Source of the DNA: an uncultured delta proteobacterium
Lineage (GTDB): Bacteria; Desulfobacterota; Binatia; UBA9968
Direction of reading: 5' to 3'
Length of the DNA: 64,000 bases
Assembly (NCBI GenBank): GCA_963727625.1
Contig: CAVSHR010000001.1
Location: 1-64,000 of the forward strand
Below, in pieces: positions 1-7,883 of the stretch (position 1 is the stretch's first letter; every line of letters begins with the position of its first letter). Made by a program: the position numbers and the translations under genes. A model generated the notes under the pieces. It was not told the DNA's origin and did no database searches. It was given only the letters and a program-made list of their open reading frames with translations.

Positions 1-1
1 G

Positions 2-532
2 GAACAAAAGTAAGCTGATCAAGAAAACATCAAGAACAGATTTCTGGATCAGAGCGTCAAAAAACATCGCGGGGGCGTAAAGCGATAGAATGACAGCAGC
101 GGCGACTCCCGCCGCGCGCGAATAAAAAGCTCGGCCTGCCCAATACAACATCACACAGGAAGCGGCGCCTATGACGATTTGGATGACACGAATCAACCAG
201 AGATCGCGAGCCCCAAAAACCTGAAGGAGGGCTAAAAAATAGGGGTACAGCGGAGCTTGATAAAAAACTTCCCGCCCCAACCAATCACCGCCGGCGATTT
301 GTCGCGACCACTCGGCGTAGCTGCGACCGTCCGCCGCGAGATGGTAAAAGAGCGGAAATGATTCGATCTGAAACAAGTACAGCAGGCGAACACCGAAAGC
401 AGATACAAAGACAGCGATAGAGATGACGAGATCGCTCCCGATGATTGCACCGCCGGAGGACTCGCTGGACGAAGCCGCACCCCTTCTCCTTCTCGAATTC
501 TCGCGGTCCCGCAGATCAGATATTGCGTTCAA
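2..532 (-). CDS. GT39/ArnT/PMT-like membrane glycosyltransferase, N-terminal part (runs off left edge)
   Basis: Not in the ORF track because there is no stop in the window. Manual minus-strand translation: ...LVISIAVFVSAFGVRLLYLFQIESFPLFYHLAADGRSYAEWSRQIAGGDWLGREVFYQAPLYPYFLALLQVFGARDLWLIRVIQIVIGAASCVMLYWAG... This shows TM1, a D-x-x-x-Y loop and a PLYPYFLA motif typical of GT-C enzymes. Start (TTG 532 or GTG 598) is uncertain. Confidence 0.8.
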   Translation of the reverse strand, partial: MNAISDLRDRENSRRRRGAASSSESSGGAIIGSDLVISIAVFVSAFGVRLLYLFQIESFPLFYHLAADGRSYAEWSRQIAGGDWLGREVFYQAPLYPYFLALLQVFGARDLWLIRVIQIVIGAASCVMLYWAGRAFYSRAAGVAAAVILSLYAPAMFFDALIQKSVLDVFLISLLLF

Positions 533-881
533 AGGTAAAAATAACAGCGACCGAAGTGAACAGTTTGATTCGGTTGACTTTGCCTGCTGGGTAAACACGG
601 GCTGCTACGTCAGTCCTTCTCCTCCACAGACCTCCGCAAATGTTCCCGGAAAGCATCCTTCCCAAGATGTTTTTGTCTCGTGGCAACGGGAAATCGCGAT
701 CTAGGGCGACAAAAAACTTGGCGGCGCGATTAGGGTTCATGCGGTGCGGTGAGCGCAAATCTTATCCAGAGCTGGCGAAAGCTCCTGCGGCCCGCCCCGT
801 TGCATCGACTTCTGTTTTTCTTCCTTATCGGTATTTGCATTAAGGGCCTTGACCATTTCCTGAGCCACGCGATTCGTATAC

Positions 882-1868
882 TTACTTAGCGGCATGGCCT
901 TTAAACGCGCGATAGACCGTTTCCGAGATTCCCCCCTTTTCCCGACGTTTTCCTTTTTCATAGGCATCCTCCAGGGCTCGAATGACTTTTGCTCTTAGCT
1001 CCCCGGGCGCGTACCTGTTCGCCATGCGCCGCACAAAATCTAAATTGGCGACAACCGCGTTCCCTCTGCCACGACTGTTATCAATGACGCTGATGGCAAG
1101 CCTTGGCTCGCCGCTATACTTTTTAGCAATTTGCAAGAGAACTCTCGGAGCGCCGATGTGGGTCTGGAGAAACACCTCGACGGGAACTGTTCTCCCTATC
1201 CTGTCGGGCTGTGAGAGCGCTCCGTTGACGAACGCCTCAACAGGGTCGCGATAAATATGCACAATACTGACCGTCTTCCCGGCTTCCAAGGCTTGGGTGA
1301 TTTTTTTATCGGCGGATGGCCAACTCGACAGGGTCGAATCATATATAATCTGGGCGGCCCGAACGAGGTTGGCTATTTGCGCGACACTCGTTATAGCCGT
1401 CGATTTACCGGCGGCCGTCCCCCCGGAAGTGAAAACAACTCGGTCAAGCTGATTTGGGCTCGCGGGCTTTTTTAATTCCCTCCGGTAGATCTCTTTGACC
1501 AGCGCGCTGGCGGGCTCGTGAACCGCGCGGCTCCACGTCGCCCGCGCTTTGATCGATTTAAAATCTTTGGCCTCGACGCCTCCCGGCGAATAGTCGCTGG
1601 ACAGTTCCCTCGCATTGTCGGCATTAAGAACATTGCCGAACTTTTCCTGATAACGAGCGATTGCTTCGTCGGCGTGCTTTTCTAAATACTCGGCGAATCG
1701 AGCTTCCACCTTACGCTCTGCGGGCGAGAGAGCCTTGCCCCTTTCAATCCTCAGGCTGCCAGGATAATAGCGAAGCGGCCGTTCTGCCTGACCAAACGAC
1801 CAAGACCAAGAGGCCGCGATGACCAGCAAAACTAGGAACGGTGGTAGATGCCGTGCCCTACGCATCAT
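882..1868 (-). CDS. Zeta-toxin-like P-loop kinase domain protein with N-terminal signal peptide/membrane anchor
   Basis: Walker A FTSGGTAAGKST, Walker-B-like IIYDSTL, GRTVP and VIDNS motifs of the zeta toxin family. Basic n-region plus hydrophobic FLVLLVIAA at the N-terminus. Confidence 0.7.
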   Translation of the reverse strand: MMRRARHLPPFLVLLVIAASWSWSFGQAERPLRYYPGSLRIERGKALSPAERKVEARFAEYLEKHADEAIARYQEKFGNVLNADNARELSSDYSPGGVEAKDFKSIKARATWSRAVHEPASALVKEIYRRELKKPASPNQLDRVVFTSGGTAAGKSTAITSVAQIANLVRAAQIIYDSTLSSWPSADKKITQALEAGKTVSIVHIYRDPVEAFVNGALSQPDRIGRTVPVEVFLQTHIGAPRVLLQIAKKYSGEPRLAISVIDNSRGRGNAVVANLDFVRRMANRYAPGELRAKVIRALEDAYEKGKRREKGGISETVYRAFKGHAAK

Positions 1869-1999
1869 TGTTCTGAGCTGCTTATATGTCCGTTAAATCA
1901 TCAGGAACGTGCCGTATAAGGGATGTGAGGCCTTTATCGTGGGGCAGAGAGATTAGTTTGGAAGAAGCGTTCCATTAGCAACATCCCGCGATCAATATT

Positions 2000-2599
2000 T
2001 TATGCTTGATCGCGATAGACTTGGTTCTTCTCTATCAGCTGGTAAAATTCCTCATCATCGATCGAAGCGAGGAGGGCCTCGACCGATCGGATGATGCTAT
2101 CCCGATTGCTATTCTCAAGCCCTTTTTGGACTGTAAAAACCGCCCGGCGCAGTGCAATTGCGACTTTGCCTCCACGATCCCAAGCGTCATAACCCCTATA
2201 ACCCTCGCCGTTCACTTTGCTCAGCAGGGTGAGGCCGCCCCGGAGGGATTTCAAACCGTTTTCGTTTTCTCCCAATCGCAGCTGCGTGATCCCGAGGCTT
2301 AGCCAGGCGATATCGTCCTTTCCGTCGACGACGAGCGCCCTTTCCAGAATATGCCGCGCATCGCTGTATCTTTTTTTCCTGTAGTACGCTCTACCCAATA
2401 GCGTCAGGGTGTCTTTATACGTAGGCTCGTCGCTCGCGACGGCTTCGAGATTGACGATCGCTTTATCAATATCGGCCCCTCGCCGCTTCAAGATTTCTTC
2501 TTTACCGGCGTTGTACTTTCCCCCCGTGCCGAGAAAATAATCAGGCCGGGAGCAGCCTAAAGCGACTAACACACATAATGCAAAGTGCCAAGTCTTCAT
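2000..2599 (-). CDS. TPR-repeat lipoprotein
   Basis: Lipobox LVALG-C. TPR-like helices (LGRAYYRKKRYSDARHILERAL, AWLSLGITQLRLG). Confidence 0.8.
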   Translation of the reverse strand: MKTWHFALCVLVALGCSRPDYFLGTGGKYNAGKEEILKRRGADIDKAIVNLEAVASDEPTYKDTLTLLGRAYYRKKRYSDARHILERALVVDGKDDIAWLSLGITQLRLGENENGLKSLRGGLTLLSKVNGEGYRGYDAWDRGGKVAIALRRAVFTVQKGLENSNRDSIIRSVEALLASIDDEEFYQLIEKNQVYRDQA

Positions 2600-2771
2600 G
2601 GGAATCTCCCTTGGTTTTACTACACCATGATAACGCGATTCTCAAGTTAACTGTCAAAGCGCGCCGGAACGCGGCTGACCACGCACGCACGAGCCATCGA
2701 CAACACTCTGAGCGCCTTGAACATGATCTTGACTTTCTCCGGGCGGGGTGGCTAGTTTTCGTCAGGAGGAA

Positions 2772-3434
2772 ATGGCTATGAAAACACAAAGCGTGTTGCG
2801 AATTAGCATCTTCTCTCTGCTTTACGGGATCCTGCTGTGGGGTTGTACCTCGATCAGAGTCGCGGGTGAGATTCAAAAAGGGCGCATGCAGCTGATGTAC
2901 GGCGACCCCAAAGTCGCCCTTGCCCATTTTCAAAACGCCGCCCGGCTTGAACCGGACTACGTACTTGATTATGCAATTCCTCCTCTATTGTATGAAGGAG
3001 TCTGGACCTACGTAGGGCGTGCCTATTATGCCAGCGGGCGCTATATGGAAGCTCGCAGGGCGTTCGAAAAAGCCCGCTCGCAATATGATGACGACGATTT
3101 GGCAAAAATCTATCTGGGATTGGTCCTGGGACGTGATGGTGCTCCCAAACGGGGATTGAATGAGCTCGAAGTCGGCTTGAGGGGTCTGAAAGATTGGCTC
3201 GAATATATTGAGTTCAACACGCGCGAGGGCCAGTTTTGGGATCCAGGCCGGGAGATCAGGTCGGAAATCGACACGACTCTCACGCTGATTGCAAGCGGCA
3301 AAACGGACTGGGAAAGTCTAACCAAAAGCGCAGAATGGGTCGGACTCAAAACTGAAATGGAAATCGACCAGGTCAAGAAAGACCTGTATAGAGACGAGAC
3401 CAACGACGACAACGATGGCTGCGAGGATTGTTAG
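2772..3434 (+). CDS. TPR-repeat lipoprotein, paralogue of 2000-2599
   Basis: RBS AGGAGG before ATG 2772. Lipobox LLWG-C. TPR helices (VGRAYYASGRYMEARRAFEKA, AKIYLGLVLGRDG). Confidence 0.8.
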   Translation: MAMKTQSVLRISIFSLLYGILLWGCTSIRVAGEIQKGRMQLMYGDPKVALAHFQNAARLEPDYVLDYAIPPLLYEGVWTYVGRAYYASGRYMEARRAFEKARSQYDDDDLAKIYLGLVLGRDGAPKRGLNELEVGLRGLKDWLEYIEFNTREGQFWDPGREIRSEIDTTLTLIASGKTDWESLTKSAEWVGLKTEMEIDQVKKDLYRDETNDDNDGCEDC

Positions 3435-3458
3435 TGATCTGAAGACGGCAGTCGCGAT

Positions 3459-3489
3459 AAAAAAAGGGCGCCGCTAGGGCGCCCTTTTT
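3459..3489. terminator. Bidirectional rho-independent terminator
   Basis: A-run, GGGCGCC stem, GCTAG loop, GGCGCCC, T-run, lying between convergent genes. Confidence 0.85.
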
Positions 3490-3507
3490 CAGCCAGTCGG
3501 TCCTGGT

Positions 3508-4983
3508 CTACCAGTTATACGCGACGGTCGCGTTCAAGCTGTGCCACTCGCAGCTCTTGCCGACATTACTCGCATTATTGTTCGAGCAACCAACAGCGTT
3601 CTGCACGGAGAGCGGCGTATTGGACGAATCCCACCAATTCCACTGCATGCCAACCCGAAGCCCCGCCCTCACCGTGTACCACAGGTCCATTTCACGCTGC
3701 AGCAAGCGCATTCTTGAAAAAGAACCGCTTCCAGGCGCACAGTCTACGCCGGTGCCGCAGTCCATGTTGTAGCGGCTAAAGGCCCAGCCAAACAGCACAG
3801 AACCGCGGGTCGTCGCAGACCCCGTCAACGGCCCCTTGGGGCTCCATAAATACAGCTCGTTGGCCAGCACAAAACCGTTTGCGTGGACCCCGCGAAAACG
3901 ATCGTTTTTACCTTCCCAATGGGACATCGGTAGCACAACGTTAAGTGCATAAGGTCCCACCTTGTAAAGGATCGCCGGCTGCAAGAAGCTATGAAGCCCG
4001 CCGCCGATAGCGTTATTGCCCGTGTCGATCAGGGTAAATCTCCCGAGCCGCTCGTCAGTCTGCAGCCGTAGCCGGCGATAAGTTGTACTACCGGCACCGC
4101 CGGTTAGCGCCGCCACACCGGCGCGGTCGTCGACCGGCTCTAGCTCCGCTTCAAACCGAAGCTCAAGGCCGCTCAGCCATTTGTTCTTGACCTTGGCAAA
4201 GGGCTTGCCGCCAATGTAACCTATGAAACTCATCATGTCGCTGTTCGTGGTTCCGCTGTCGCCTGCATTAAGCCGGCCGGTTACGAGATGGGTTTCCAGA
4301 TCCAAGGTCGAGACGCCCACGGGAACTCCGTCCCAAACTAATCCGATCCCCTGGTGGCTGCCGGTGGCAGTGCTAGCATCACCATCATTGATTGAATTTC
4401 TTTCCCAACGCGCGCTGCTGCTCGAGGAAACCGCATGACCCTTCTTTGCCGCGGCATCGAGTCCGACCCTCAGCGCCGGCAAATACGGATTCCACTGCGA
4501 GAAATCAAATTCGAGCTGGGCCCTCTGCAGCTCGAGCGGGATATTGTTCTGGTCCATGTCGAACTGGAGATCGAAATTATAAAAACAGTTGCTCCAGCAA
4601 TAGCTCGTCATAAAAGTGATCCGTCGACCAAAGAGCTTGCCCGCAGTCGCCCCATCGGAATCGTTACCGTCGAGGTGATTATACATCCTCAAATGGAACT
4701 GAGAGCTGACATTGAAAGCCCAGCTCTTGTCCGCGGCCGTGACGGTCAACCCCCGGCCCGGCCGATTGGAGAAACTCGGCAAAGCCGCGGCCGCTTCGGT
4801 CGCCTGCTTCTTTAGCTCGATCTGCTCCGTCTTGACTTGCTCCTGCTCGGCCTTCAACTGAGCCAGCTCATTTTCCAGAGCCTGGATCTTTTCGTCTACC
4901 CCCCCGGCCCGTGCCGGCGTCAGGGCAAATAACAAAACCGCGCCAAGCAGGCAGCCCATCACTCCCAACGCACGCTTGTTCAT
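3508..4983 (-). CDS. Outer-membrane beta-barrel porin (OprO/OprP-like), copy A
   Basis: Signal peptide ending ARA, periplasmic coiled coil (KIQALENELAQLKAEQEQVK), amphipathic beta strands, C-terminal aromatic signal ATVAYNW. Confidence 0.75.
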   Translation of the reverse strand: MNKRALGVMGCLLGAVLLFALTPARAGGVDEKIQALENELAQLKAEQEQVKTEQIELKKQATEAAAALPSFSNRPGRGLTVTAADKSWAFNVSSQFHLRMYNHLDGNDSDGATAGKLFGRRITFMTSYCWSNCFYNFDLQFDMDQNNIPLELQRAQLEFDFSQWNPYLPALRVGLDAAAKKGHAVSSSSSARWERNSINDGDASTATGSHQGIGLVWDGVPVGVSTLDLETHLVTGRLNAGDSGTTNSDMMSFIGYIGGKPFAKVKNKWLSGLELRFEAELEPVDDRAGVAALTGGAGSTTYRRLRLQTDERLGRFTLIDTGNNAIGGGLHSFLQPAILYKVGPYALNVVLPMSHWEGKNDRFRGVHANGFVLANELYLWSPKGPLTGSATTRGSVLFGWAFSRYNMDCGTGVDCAPGSGSFSRMRLLQREMDLWYTVRAGLRVGMQWNWWDSSNTPLSVQNAVGCSNNNASNVGKSCEWHSLNATVAYNW

Positions 4984-5187
4984 CGTCGCCTCCTTCTTCC
5001 CGTTCAGTTTTTCTCTCCTTCAAAGATGCTGAAGACCAGCAGTTTTTTACTTGAATTAGAAATCTAGGACAATCAGCCTTACGTAGGATTTTTAGCTGGA
5101 ATTGGCGGCTTAAATACGAGTTTTACGACTAAAGTAGTAGAAGCGAGATCAACGAGCCCCGTGGGCTTTAGGTCGAGAAAGTGGACC

Positions 5188-5219
5188 AAAAAAAAGGGCG
5201 CCGCTAGGGCGCCCTTTTT
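5188..5219. terminator. Rho-independent terminator with the same hairpin as 3459-3489
   Basis: Same hairpin and A/T tails downstream of porin copy B. Confidence 0.85.
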
Positions 5220-5237
5220 CAGCCAGTCGGTCCTGGT

Positions 5238-6716
5238 CTACCAGTTATACGCGACGGTCGCGTTCAAGGTGTGCCACTCGCAGCTTTTGCCGACATTACT
5301 CGCATTATTGTTCGAGCAACCAACAGCGTTCTGCACGGAGAGCGGCGTATTGGACGAATCCCACCAATTCCACTGCATGCCAACCCGAAGTCCCGCCCTC
5401 ACCGTGTACCACAGGTTCATTTCACGCTGAAGCAGGCGCATTCTTGAAAACGATCCGGATCCGGGCGCGCAGTCTGAGCCGGTGCCGCAGTCCATGTTGT
5501 AGCGGCTAAAGGCCCAGCCAAACAGCACCGATCCGCGGGTCGTCGCAGATCCCGTCAACGGCCCCTTGGGGCTCCACAGATAGAGCTCGTTGGCGATCTG
5601 GAATCCATCCGCGTGCACCCCGCGGAAATTATCGTTTTTACCCTTCCAATGGGACATCGGAAGCACAACGTTAAGTGCATAAGGTCCGACCTTGTAAAGG
5701 ATCGCCGGCTGCACGAAGCTATGAAGCCCGCCGCCGATAGCGTTATTGCCCGTGTCGATCAGGGTAAATCTCCCGAGCCGTTCATCGCCCCGCAGCCGTA
5801 GCCGGCGATAAGTCGTACCTCCGGCGCCACCGGTTCTAGCCGCCACGCCGGCGCGGTCGTCGACCGGCTCTAGCTGCGCTTCAAACCGAAGCTCGAAATT
5901 GTTCAGCCATTTGTTCTTGACCTTGGCAAAGGGCTTGCCGCCGATGTAACCTATGAAACTCATCATGTCGCTGTTCGTGGTTGCGCTGTCGCCGGCGCCA
6001 AGCCTACCGGTTACGAGATGGGTTTCCAGATCCAAGGTCGAGACGCCCACGGGAACTCCGTCCCACACCAATCCTATCCCCTGGTGGCTGCCGGTGACAC
6101 TGCTAGCATCACCATCATTGATCGAATTTCTTTCCCAACGCGCGCTGCTGCTCGAGGAAACCGCATGACCCTTCTTTGCCGCGGTATCGAGTCCGACCCT
6201 TAAATCCGGCAAATACGGATTCCACTGGCTGAAGTTAAATTGGAGTTGGGCTCTCTGCAACTCGAGCGGGATATTGTTCTGGTCCATGTCGAATTGGAGC
6301 GCAAAATCGTAGAAACAGTTGCTCCAACAATAATCGGTCATGAACGTGATCCGTCGACCAAAGAGCTTCCCCGCAACCGCCCCATCGGAATCGTTACCGT
6401 CGAGGTAATTATACATCCTCAAATGGAACTGAGAGCTCAGATTGAAAGCCCAGCTCTTATCAGCAGCCGTAAGGGTCAACCCCCGACGCGGCCGATAGGA
6501 GAAACTCGGCAAAGCCGCTGCCGCTTCGGTCGCCTGCTTCTTTAGCTCGATCTGCTCCGTCTTGACTTGCTCCTGCTCAGCCTTTAACTGAGCCAGCTCA
6601 TTTTCCAGAGCCTGGATCTTTTCGTCTACCCCCCCGGCCCGTGCCGGCGTCGTCGCAAATAGAAATAGACCGACTAGCGAGACGACCGCGCTAATAGACC
6701 AAATTTTCACTTTCAT
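5238..6716 (-). CDS. Outer-membrane beta-barrel porin (OprO/OprP-like), copy B
   Basis: Start reassigned to MKVKIW (RBS GGAGGG upstream). Mature protein is nearly identical to copy A. Confidence 0.75.
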   Translation of the reverse strand: MKVKIWSISAVVSLVGLFLFATTPARAGGVDEKIQALENELAQLKAEQEQVKTEQIELKKQATEAAAALPSFSYRPRRGLTLTAADKSWAFNLSSQFHLRMYNYLDGNDSDGAVAGKLFGRRITFMTDYCWSNCFYDFALQFDMDQNNIPLELQRAQLQFNFSQWNPYLPDLRVGLDTAAKKGHAVSSSSSARWERNSINDGDASSVTGSHQGIGLVWDGVPVGVSTLDLETHLVTGRLGAGDSATTNSDMMSFIGYIGGKPFAKVKNKWLNNFELRFEAQLEPVDDRAGVAARTGGAGGTTYRRLRLRGDERLGRFTLIDTGNNAIGGGLHSFVQPAILYKVGPYALNVVLPMSHWKGKNDNFRGVHADGFQIANELYLWSPKGPLTGSATTRGSVLFGWAFSRYNMDCGTGSDCAPGSGSFSRMRLLQREMNLWYTVRAGLRVGMQWNWWDSSNTPLSVQNAVGCSNNNASNVGKSCEWHTLNATVAYNW

Positions 6717-7232
6717 CCTTCCCTCCTTTTGGGTGTTTATATTTGCCAATTCAATCTCTAATATCTCTAACAATTAATTTTACTACCAACTTTTTTTTCA
6801 GCCTTTCAGCGTCAGAACTGCTATCCTGTCGATGACAAGTTGTCTTTATACGGTACGATTAAAGTTGTATCTCACCGGCGAAAACAGCAAAAACCCCTTA
6901 TGGCCTACGACTTTTAGCGGATTATGGCAGCGCTTGTCAAGAAAATATTTCAAAAATTGACCCATGGGTAAAAACCTCACAAAATATAGTGAGTTAGGCA
7001 AGTTAGAACCCCTACGGCTTGTAAAACACTGCCGGTCCCGGAAAGGCAGAGATGGTTCAATGCGGTGCGCGGTGTTGGGTATTTGTACCGACTATTGAGG
7101 ATTATTATGGATGATTCGGCTGCGACTCTTCCCTGTTTTCACTTTGGTCTCTGGCCGCACGAAAACCCCGTTGGCATTGTCAAGCGATGCATTTAATATT
7201 GCTCAACGCCTAGAGATAAGGAAAAAACAACA

Positions 7233-7685
7233 GTGCGATTGAGAGATATGTCAGCCCTGCCGGTGTTCGCCTTTTTGCTGTTTGGCGGCTGCAGCCCGCG
7301 AGTAGTCCATATGACGCCTGCCGAGGGTCGGCCGGGCGCAGTTGTCAATTTTTCAATGGAATATCTCGTTGGCTGGCCGAGAGTCGAGATAGGCGGCAAA
7401 ATCATCGACTGGCCGCAGCTCAAGCTCACTTCTCTGGATCCCGGGCGAAAAAATGTACCCGGGGAACAACTCGTATGGATCGAAGATAAAATTCTCGAGT
7501 TTAGAATCCCGGATCTTCCGCCGGGAGATTACCAAGTCATCGTATACGACGACAAAGGTCCCCCGGGCGACCCGATCTATTCAGCGTTGGAGACTACGGC
7601 CTATATTGTTTTCCCCCCTGTCTGGCCTTTCGTCTTCCGCTCCAATCAAGGCGAAGTAACGTTTCGCGTGCTGCCGGCAGAATAA
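7233..7685 (+). CDS. Small lipoprotein with IPT/TIG-like Ig fold
   Basis: Lipobox LFGG-C. Ig-like pattern PAEGRPG..V...VEIGG...FRIPDLPPGDYQVIV...VTFRVLP. Start may be ATG 7248. Confidence 0.65.
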   Translation: MRLRDMSALPVFAFLLFGGCSPRVVHMTPAEGRPGAVVNFSMEYLVGWPRVEIGGKIIDWPQLKLTSLDPGRKNVPGEQLVWIEDKILEFRIPDLPPGDYQVIVYDDKGPPGDPIYSALETTAYIVFPPVWPFVFRSNQGEVTFRVLPAE

Positions 7686-7883
7686 CGCCGGCCACCGCCA
7701 AGACTTACCGCTTTGGCAAAAGGACTGGCAATCGCTGAAAGGGTTCTATGACCTATCGTTATTCTGCTCTTTGACCAAATTTCTTCGCGGATTATTCAAT
7801 AGCGGTCGGCGTATCAAAAATAGGCAAATTCTTCCCGGGTTAACCTTGACTCGACAGTACGATGCCGTATATCATTCAGCCCA

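Larger units (their letters stand above)
3459..6650. repeat. Tandem direct duplication (~1.46 kb unit, offset 1730 bp): 3459-~4920 and 5189-~6650
   Basis: Long identical DNA stretches including terminator, 3' UTR and mature porin coding sequence. Signal-peptide coding regions and promoters differ. Confidence 0.95.

Noticed and set aside
737-1999. Canonical epsilon-zeta toxin-antitoxin pair
   Set aside because: No credible antitoxin ORF upstream. The 76-aa ORF 737-967 overlaps the kinase 3' end in another frame and has no recognisable features.
3459-6650. CRISPR array or IS-mediated repeat
   Set aside because: The repeat is a whole-gene tandem duplication with no spacers, terminal inverted repeats or transposase.
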